Shown here in pieces: positions 45,406-51,960 of a DNA stretch of 51,960 nucleotides. Numbering within the stretch: position 1 is the first letter of the stretch; every line of letters begins with the position of its first letter. The position numbers and the translations under genes were made by a program. Source of the DNA: Candidatus Fermentibacteraceae bacterium (GTDB taxonomy: Bacteria; Fermentibacterota; Fermentibacteria; Fermentibacterales; JCC-6); assembly GCA_041686025.1 (NCBI GenBank), contig JAWLEP010000014.1:11768-63727 (forward strand). The letters run 5' to 3'. The notes beneath the pieces were generated by a model. It saw only the letters and a list, made by a program, of their open reading frames with translations. It was not told where the DNA came from and made no database searches.

Positions 45406-47430
45406 ATGAGAAAAACCACACTATTCGCCGTAGTGGCCGTGCTGGCCGTTACCTCATTGTCCTTTGCCATGCCCTCGATGTACGGCTTTCGGGGCGTGCA
45501 CAGGGTAATCAGCGGCAAGCCGCTGGGTGGCAATGAGATCTCCTTCGGCCTGATGTCGAAGTACTGGGCCAGCACAGTCGAGGTCGACGACATGCGCTTC
45601 TTCACCACCACAGGGCATACCGGCTTCGTCGACACCCTGCTGGATGTGAACGACAAGGAGCACTACGCCCTGGGCAGCTTCGTGCTGTCCTACGGGGTCA
45701 CCGAGTGGCTGGAGCTGGCCACCACCCTCAACTACAGGGCCTCCTACTACGAGAGGGACCTGGTTCAGCCCAGGGGCTTCTCCGCAGGCAGGTGGGACGG
45801 CATAGACGGCCTGGCCGACACGCACCTGGGATGGAAGGTGGGATTCAGCCCTACCCCGGAGAACCACCTCATCTGGCTGGGACTCGACCAGTGGTTCGCC
45901 TTCGCTCCTCGCTCCAACGACCTGGTGTCTGCCGAGGACGACTGCGGGCGATGGTTCGACAACGAGCCGATGTACCAGATGCGCAACCCCACGCTTTCCA
46001 CGGGCCACACCTCCTACGGCGTGGACGGTCTGATCACCTTCGACATGGGCGGCATCTGGCCCGGGACGCCCCTGAAGTTCCATTCCAACGTGGGATACGC
46101 GTACTACAAGCAGACGTTCGGGATGACCGACTTCACCTACGAGTACGACGACTCCGCCCAGACGGTGAACTTCGCCGACAGCACCGGGGTCAGCCTGCTG
46201 GTGAAGGACAACGTCCTCAACCTGGGCTTCGCCCTGGAGTTTCCCACCCCCTACGCCACGGTCTTCACCGAGTACACTGTGAACCACTACCTGGACCGCG
46301 AGGGCGGGAACGACGTGGCCTACTTCTCCCCGGGAATCCGCTTCCATACCAGGAGCGGCTTCATGATGGACGTGGTGTTCGACCTGGGCCTCACCGACTT
46401 CGACCAGGACTACTACGACCTGGGCCATGCCCTCTACCAGAACAACCAGAACCTCTCCGACGAGGAGAGGGCCAAGCACGCACCGCTGCCCACAGGAGGG
46501 ACCAACGACTGGGGCATCGGCTTCAACCTGGCCTTCTCCAGCGACCTGATCGTCGAGGAGGTGGGCCCCACCACCGGGACCATCTCCGGCATGGTCAGCG
46601 ACATCAACACCGGCGAGAACCTGGAGGCCGTGCTCACCTTCCCCGGCATTGCGGTGGACAGCGTGGTCTCCGATCCGGCAACCGGATTCTACGAGGTCGA
46701 AGTTCCCCCCGGCAGCGTACCCATCAACGTGGCGGCCGAGGGCTACCAGTCCGCTTCCGCTACCGTGGTGCTGGACGCCGGGCAGAACGTGGTCAAGGAC
46801 TTCGAGATGCGTCCTGAGGCCGGCATGGGCAGGATCACCGGAACCGTCATCGACTCCGAGAGCGGCGAGGCGGTAGTGGCCAACATCTCCATCGACGACA
46901 TGGAGGAGCCCATAGCCGTCGAGACCGACGAGGATGGCGTCTTCCGGCTCGAGGTCCCCGAGGGCACCTGGACCATCAAGTGCGAGGCGGAGGACTACAT
47001 CACCCGCTCCAAGCCCATCGTGGTGGAGGCCGACGGCTCCACGGTGGTGGACTTCGAGCTCAGGCCCGCCCTCCGCGAGGGCCAGGTCCTCAGCTTCAGC
47101 AACATCTACTTCGAGGTGGGCAGCTCCACCATCCAGTCGCAGTCCTACGACGTGCTGGACCAGATCGTGGAGATGCTGAAGGAGAACGAGGACGCCAGAG
47201 TTCAGATCGCCGGACACACCGACTCCGACGGCAGCGCCTCCTACAACCAGCAGCTCAGCGAGCAGCGCGCGGCCTCGGTGTTCCAGTACCTGGTCAACCA
47301 CGGAATCTCCGCCTCCAGGCTGGAGACCATCGGCTTCGGCGAGAGCCAGCCGGCGGTTCCCAACACCAGCGCCGCCAACAAGGCGCAGAACCGGCGGATC
47401 GAGTTCACCGTCCTGGAGGTGCGCAGATAG
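45406..47430 (+). CDS. OmpA-family protein: beta-barrel + two carboxypeptidase-regulatory-like Ig domains + OmpA peptidoglycan-binding domain
   Basis: AAGGAGG RBS; signal peptide; GTISGMVSD and GRITGTVID repeats; IYF...GHTDSDG...NQQLSEQRA...NRRIEF. Confidence 0.9.
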   Translation: MRKTTLFAVVAVLAVTSLSFAMPSMYGFRGVHRVISGKPLGGNEISFGLMSKYWASTVEVDDMRFFTTTGHTGFVDTLLDVNDKEHYALGSFVLSYGVTEWLELATTLNYRASYYERDLVQPRGFSAGRWDGIDGLADTHLGWKVGFSPTPENHLIWLGLDQWFAFAPRSNDLVSAEDDCGRWFDNEPMYQMRNPTLSTGHTSYGVDGLITFDMGGIWPGTPLKFHSNVGYAYYKQTFGMTDFTYEYDDSAQTVNFADSTGVSLLVKDNVLNLGFALEFPTPYATVFTEYTVNHYLDREGGNDVAYFSPGIRFHTRSGFMMDVVFDLGLTDFDQDYYDLGHALYQNNQNLSDEERAKHAPLPTGGTNDWGIGFNLAFSSDLIVEEVGPTTGTISGMVSDINTGENLEAVLTFPGIAVDSVVSDPATGFYEVEVPPGSVPINVAAEGYQSASATVVLDAGQNVVKDFEMRPEAGMGRITGTVIDSESGEAVVANISIDDMEEPIAVETDEDGVFRLEVPEGTWTIKCEAEDYITRSKPIVVEADGSTVVDFELRPALREGQVLSFSNIYFEVGSSTIQSQSYDVLDQIVEMLKENEDARVQIAGHTDSDGSASYNQQLSEQRAASVFQYLVNHGISASRLETIGFGESQPAVPNTSAANKAQNRRIEFTVLEVRR

Positions 47431-47461
47431 GCTAGAGCTTCCAAGGCGGACGCAGCAGGGA

Positions 47462-47487
47462 AAGGGGGCGGCTTCGGTCGCCCCCTT
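47462..47487 (+). terminator. Terminator hairpin after the first OmpA gene
   Basis: AAGGGGGCGGC-TTCG-GTCGCCCCCTT. Confidence 0.7.
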
Positions 47488-47598
47488 CCAGTTTCACGGG
47501 GACGTTCCGGTCTTACCCGGGGCCCCGTCGGAACTCAGCAGCGCCCGTGAGGGTTAAGAGGCAGGCACAGGCAGGGGTCTGGAAAGGTACTGCGATCG

Positions 47599-49488
47599 AT
47601 GCTGCAAGGACATAGATCTGCGCTCTGGGCATCAGCGGCGCTGCTGCTTCTTCCGGCGGGAACATCGGCCCTTCCGGGCCGGCTGGGCCTTTCGGGCCTC
47701 GACCGGGTCCTCAGCGCCGGGATCCCCGAGCGGAACACCTACCGCACCACTGTATCCTCCACGTACGAGTTCGCCGAGGTCAGCGACTCCGTGCATCTGG
47801 TCAAGGAGGACTACGGAGTCGATACCGTTCTGGCGGTTGAGGACTCCGAGCACTACCTGGACGCCCGATTCCTGTTCGGTCTGGGGATTGCAGAGAATGT
47901 CGAGGCCGCTGCCGTCGTAAGGGCCTCGGCCCTGGGCTTCCGCTACGACCAGGTCCCTCCCAGGGACCAGTTCGTGGGCTACCTGGACGCCTCCTGGGCC
48001 ATGGCCGACGTCTCCGTCGCGGCGAAGTACTCCCGTCCGGTGCTCCCCTGGCTGCAGGCGGGCGGGGTCCTGTGGTTGAGCATACCCCTTTCGGACGCGG
48101 AACCGGATACGGCAACCGACCACGACGGCTACTGGGACGCAGGCGAGGTAAGGCTGGGGGTCAGGCGCCCCTTCGTATCCGGGGGAAAGACGGGCTACGG
48201 GCTCACCGCCCTGGCTACGGCGTCCTGGAGGATGCTGAAGGGCCACCTCAACCTGGGATACGCCTCCCTGGGGCAGACCTGGGAGGACTCCCTGCTGGGC
48301 AGGATCGACGAGCGTGCCGGCGCCCTGGACTTCGGTCTGGGGGTGGAGGCCTCTACACAGATGGTAACCGGGTACCTGGAGCTGTGGACCCGCTCCTTCG
48401 GCTCCCGGTCGGGCCCCGGCTACGGCTCCCCTGCTGTTTTCACCGGCGGCATGCGCCTGTACGAGGGCACCGGAGCCTACATGGACCTGGCCGGCCATCT
48501 GGGGCTCTCCTCCTTCGACAGGCGGGAGGCGGACCCGAGAGTCACGGGGGAGCTGCCCGTCCCCGGGGGCATTCCGGGAGACCTGGGCATAACCGTGGCC
48601 CTGGGCTACGACATGGCCATGGCCGGGCAGACGGGGCCCGACTCGTTGGGAACGCTGTCCGGAACCGTAACCGACGGCGAGACCGGCCAGCCCCTGGAGG
48701 CGACGGTGAGCTTCCCCGGCACCCCGGTAACGTCCGCGGTGACCGACTCTTCCAGCGGTTTCTTTACTACACGAATGTTCGCCGGCACAGTGGTGGCCCG
48801 GGCCGAGGCCGAGGGCTACCGTCCCCTCTCCAGGACGGTGGTGGTTCCCGCCGGCGCCCAGGCCGCGCAGGACTTCGTCCTTTCCCCGGAGGGCCCGGAG
48901 TCCGGCACCGTGGCGGGAACCATCTCCGACCGCGGCACCGGTGAGCCGGTGGCGGCGTCCATCACCGCAGCCGGGGTGGACTTCTCCGCTGCGGCCTCCG
49001 CGTCCGGAGCCTTCACGCTGGACCTGCCCGCCGGCACCCACACCATCGAGGCCTCGGCCGAGGGCTATCTGGACGCCACCAAGGTAGTCAGCGTTCCGGC
49101 GGGGGGAACGGTCACGGTGGAGCTGCAGATGCGGCCGGCCCTGCAGCAGGGCCAGGTGATGAGCTTCGACGAGATATACTTCGACTCCGGCAGTGCCACC
49201 CTCCAGCCCCAGTCCCACGGGGTGCTGGACGGCGTGGTGGAGCTGCTGCGGGACAATCCCGACGTGTTGGTGGAGATAGCGGGGCATACCGACTCCGACG
49301 GCTCGGCATCCTACAACCAGGGTCTGAGCCAGCGAAGGGCCGAGAGCGTCCGCAGCTACCTGGTCGGAAAGGGGATCTCCGCCTCCAGGCTCACCACGGT
49401 GGGCTACGGCGAGTCCCGGCCGGTGGCCTCCAACGCCACCGCCGACGGCAAGGCCCGCAACAGGCGGATTGAGTTCCGGGTGCTCTAG
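47599..49488 (+). CDS. Second OmpA-family protein, tandem paralog with the same architecture
   Basis: Signal peptide; barrel; two Ig-like repeats; GHTDSDGSASYNQGLSQRRA...NRRIEF. Confidence 0.88.
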   Translation: MLQGHRSALWASAALLLLPAGTSALPGRLGLSGLDRVLSAGIPERNTYRTTVSSTYEFAEVSDSVHLVKEDYGVDTVLAVEDSEHYLDARFLFGLGIAENVEAAAVVRASALGFRYDQVPPRDQFVGYLDASWAMADVSVAAKYSRPVLPWLQAGGVLWLSIPLSDAEPDTATDHDGYWDAGEVRLGVRRPFVSGGKTGYGLTALATASWRMLKGHLNLGYASLGQTWEDSLLGRIDERAGALDFGLGVEASTQMVTGYLELWTRSFGSRSGPGYGSPAVFTGGMRLYEGTGAYMDLAGHLGLSSFDRREADPRVTGELPVPGGIPGDLGITVALGYDMAMAGQTGPDSLGTLSGTVTDGETGQPLEATVSFPGTPVTSAVTDSSSGFFTTRMFAGTVVARAEAEGYRPLSRTVVVPAGAQAAQDFVLSPEGPESGTVAGTISDRGTGEPVAASITAAGVDFSAAASASGAFTLDLPAGTHTIEASAEGYLDATKVVSVPAGGTVTVELQMRPALQQGQVMSFDEIYFDSGSATLQPQSHGVLDGVVELLRDNPDVLVEIAGHTDSDGSASYNQGLSQRRAESVRSYLVGKGISASRLTTVGYGESRPVASNATADGKARNRRIEFRVL

Positions 49489-49491
49489 CGG

Positions 49492-49917
49492 CTACTCCTC
49501 CACCGAGGGGCGGCGACCGGTCTCCTTCCACCGCAGGAACTGCCTCAGTACCTTGCGGTGGTCGAAGGCTATCCTCTCCGGAAGGGCGTCGGGCGGGAAG
49601 GCCCTGGCTGTGCGGGCGTCGCTGCCCCCGGAGGGCGTGCCGGAGGCGGTGCAGTGGTAGACGGCGCTCACCGTGTCTCCCCGGGGGTCGCGCCAGGGCC
49701 GGGAGTATACGTGGAACAGCTCCCGGACTTGCACCTGCAGGCCGGTCTCCTCCGCCGCCTCCCTTCGGACGGCCTCGGCCAGGCTCTCGCCGGGGTCCAC
49801 GAAGCCTCCGGGAATGGCCCAGCCGGCGGGGAAGTTCTTCCTCTCGATCAGGACTATGCCGCCGTCGTCCAGCTCTATGATGGCGTCAACGGTGAGCTCC
49901 GGGGTCTTCGGTCTCAT
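49492..49917 (-). CDS. Nudix hydrolase (ADP-ribose pyrophosphatase-like)
   Basis: GGFVDPGESLAEAVRREAAEETG Nudix box; RDPR and AFDH motifs. Confidence 0.92.
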   Translation of the reverse strand: MRPKTPELTVDAIIELDDGGIVLIERKNFPAGWAIPGGFVDPGESLAEAVRREAAEETGLQVQVRELFHVYSRPWRDPRGDTVSAVYHCTASGTPSGGSDARTARAFPPDALPERIAFDHRKVLRQFLRWKETGRRPSVEE

Positions 49918-50019
49918 GGGTTCCTTTCCCCGTCGGGAACAAAAGTCACTAGATTAGTATACTATGGTAACGAGCCGTTAGGTCAGCCTAATCATAAGAG
50001 GTCACGGAAAGGACAGTCC

Positions 50020-50484
50020 ATGAGAACCATACTCATGCTCCTGCTGGTCGCCGGAGCCACACTGGCCGCATGCGGCGGCCAGTCGGAGCACGCCGACGCC
50101 GAGCCCGCCACCACCTCCGAGGCGGAGTACAGCGACGGCCAGTGGATCGCCGACGACTTCGAGACCGCCAGCTCCATCGCGGAGGAGACCGGCCGCCCCC
50201 TCCTGATCGACCTGTACGCCGACTGGTGCGGCCCCTGCCATACTCTGGAGGAGGAGTACTTCCCCCACGAGGCGGTGCAGCCGGTGCTGTCCAGCTTCGT
50301 CCTGCTGCGGGTGAACGTGGACGTGGAGCCGGGACAGTCCATGGCCCGCGACTACGGCGCCAACGCCATTCCCACCGTGGTTATCGCCGAGGCCGACGGA
50401 ACCGAGATAGACCGGATCGTGGGCATAACCCCCTCCCCCGAGGCCTACGCCCGGCAGCTGCAGGACATCCTCTCCGCCATGTAG
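50020..50484 (+). CDS. Thioredoxin-family lipoprotein
   Basis: Lipobox LAAC; YADWCGPC; cis-Pro AIPT. Confidence 0.9.
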   Translation: MRTILMLLLVAGATLAACGGQSEHADAEPATTSEAEYSDGQWIADDFETASSIAEETGRPLLIDLYADWCGPCHTLEEEYFPHEAVQPVLSSFVLLRVNVDVEPGQSMARDYGANAIPTVVIAEADGTEIDRIVGITPSPEAYARQLQDILSAM

Positions 50485-50528
50485 CGCGGGGACGGAGGCA
50501 TTTTAACTCAAATCCGCGACTAATCTAC

Positions 50529-50560
50529 AAAGGGCCGGGGCAGATGCCCCGGCCCTTTTT
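50529..50560. terminator. Bidirectional intrinsic terminator
   Basis: AAAGGGCCGGGGC-AGAT-GCCCCGGCCCTTT followed by TT, between convergent genes. Confidence 0.85.
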
Positions 50561-50580
50561 CTGTACCGTCTGCGCCAGGT

Positions 50581-51960
50581 CTAGAGGGAAGCCCTCACAA
50601 CCTTGGCGGTGGCCACGCTGTCACCGGCCCGCAACACCATCAGGTACACGCCGCTGGGCTCGGAGGCGGCGTCCCACAGGAAGCTGTGGCTGCCCTGCTC
50701 CAGGTCGCCCTCCGCCATGCCGGCCACCCTGCGGCCGCTGACGTCGTAGACCGCCAGGCTCACCGCGGCGCCTGCGTTGAGGCGGAAGGAGGCGCTGGCG
50801 GTGGTCACCACCGGATTGGGGGTTACCGAGAGGCCGGCTGCCGGGATCACGGGAAGGGAGAACTCCCCGGCAATGCCCTCGGTGATCTCGCCGCCCAGCC
50901 AGTAGTCGTCTCCGCAGGAGTCGGGGTCGTCGTCGTACTGCGGATGCTCCTGGCCGCTCTGGGCGTAGGAGTCCCATTCCTCGGCCCAGTGCTGGGCCTC
51001 TCCGTAGCTTACGTAGCCATCGGAGTTGGTGTCCGGATCCTCTGGGACGTCTCCGCCGGGATAGCTTCCGCCAGGCGGCACCGAACCGTGCATGGCGCCG
51101 GTCCACCAGTAGATCCACTCGTCGTACTCGGGGTAGGTGGCTCCCGCCCATGAGGACTCGTAACCGTTGGCCGCGGAGGCGAAGGTCCTGGGCTGGCCGC
51201 CGGTGGTGGGAATGACCTCCTCCAGGAAGCCGCCGGAGTAGCACTGCTCCATGATCACGTTCAGGTTGGCGGCGTCTATGTCGTCGATCCAGCCGTCGAA
51301 GGTGTCGTCATCCAGAGTCTCGGAGTTCCAGAGGTTCAGGTACACCTCGGGCGGCACCAGCGGGTCGTCGTGGTTCTTACCGCTTCCGCCGTGGTCGGTG
51401 GTCATGATAAGCAGGTAGTCGTCCGGCCCCACCATGGCCTTGATGTCGTTGTACCCGTTCTCTACGCCGGAGTAGGTGGCGTCGTAGTTGAAGTCGGTGT
51501 CGCCGTCGTCATCCAAATCCGGGTTGGAGTTCTCGCCGTCGGAGTTGTCAGGGGCGGGGTCGGTGCCGTCGGCGAAGCAGACGACGATGTTCTCGTCCAG
51601 GTAGCCGTAATCGTAGACCAGCACGTTGTAGAGGAACTGGGTGTCGCCGTAGTAGCGGATGTGGTTGTTGCCGCTGTTGGCGCCGCCGGAGATCAGCCAT
51701 GCGTAGCAGTTCTCCGGGTTTGCCACCGGCTGGGGGTTGGGCTCGAACCACTCCAGGAACTCGTTCCGGGCGTTCTCGCCCTGACCCGGCTCGGTAAGCT
51801 CGACGTCGGAGAACTCCACGTTCATGCGGTCCAGGGCCAGGGGAGGCGTGAACATGCGCACCACCTCGGTGCTGCCGTCCAGCGAGACGAATACCCACCG
51901 GCACGGGTGCTCCCAGTTGGCCCGGGCCATGTCGTCGATGAGCACCAGGTAGCCGTCGAA
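50581..51960 (-). CDS. Clan CD cysteine peptidase (C13/caspase-like) with T9SS type A sorting domain (5' partial)
   Basis: LISGG, TTDHGG (His) and MEQCYSGGF (Cys); C-terminal VTPNP...AVYDVSGRRV...WD...SGVY...KVV; the frame stays open to the window end. Confidence 0.85.
   Translation of the reverse strand, partial: FDGYLVLIDDMARANWEHPCRWVFVSLDGSTEVVRMFTPPLALDRMNVEFSDVELTEPGQGENARNEFLEWFEPNPQPVANPENCYAWLISGGANSGNNHIRYYGDTQFLYNVLVYDYGYLDENIVVCFADGTDPAPDNSDGENSNPDLDDDGDTDFNYDATYSGVENGYNDIKAMVGPDDYLLIMTTDHGGSGKNHDDPLVPPEVYLNLWNSETLDDDTFDGWIDDIDAANLNVIMEQCYSGGFLEEVIPTTGGQPRTFASAANGYESSWAGATYPEYDEWIYWWTGAMHGSVPPGGSYPGGDVPEDPDTNSDGYVSYGEAQHWAEEWDSYAQSGQEHPQYDDDPDSCGDDYWLGGEITEGIAGEFSLPVIPAAGLSVTPNPVVTTASASFRLNAGAAVSLAVYDVSGRRVAGMAEGDLEQGSHSFLWDAASEPSGVYLMVLRAGDSVATAKVVRASL

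Noticed and set aside
1497..49287. Many long antisense or alternate-frame ORFs (e.g. 1544..3043, 9179..10882, 13354..14910, 14438..16627, 23588..25945, 31793..33772, 39649..41454, 45454..47301)
   Set aside because: These are the expected stop-poor shadows of high-GC coding strands: low-complexity translations, no motifs, and full overlap with well-supported genes.
49956..49965. Palindrome TAGTATACTA as an operator
   Set aside because: It is more simply explained as overlapping TATACT -10 elements of the divergent Nudix and thioredoxin promoters.

Overview
Very GC-rich bacterial chromosomal window with about 45 real genes; most other ORF-track entries are antisense or off-frame shadows. A T9SS-type C-terminal sorting domain, outer-membrane barrels and many lipoproteins indicate an FCB-group diderm; Ca. 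Fermentibacteria (Hyd24-12) is my inference, not a database result. The housekeeping backbone is recJ-like, valS, phoH-7TM/HD-ybeY-corC-recO-glyQS, rho-rpmE-DUF1385-prfA-prmC-ispG-glnA, acyP-rnd-nth, two tandem OmpA-domain barrels, a Nudix hydrolase and a thioredoxin. The accessory or unusual parts are: (1) an AbiEi/AbiEii-type (type IV) toxin-antitoxin pair with a 58-bp dyad operator; (2) a possible DNA-uptake or DNA-scavenging operon (barrel-ComEA fusion, second barrel, ComEB-like dCMP deaminase); (3) a RAYT/Y1 transposase with a broken HuH motif, preceded directly by a ~286-nt colinear imperfect inverted repeat; (4) a 120-bp REPIN-like hairpin with perfect 27-bp arms that supplies the glyQS stop codon; (5) perR-catalase; (6) a 15-bp tandem-repeat leader ORF before a Thr-type sulfatase-like lipoprotein; (7) a 1594-aa diguanylate cyclase built on dead kinase/STAND domains, plus a separate inactive GGDEF membrane protein; (8) structured leaders before valS and rho. 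I found no rRNA, tRNA or CRISPR array. Family assignments come from motif recognition by eye, with no searches run.
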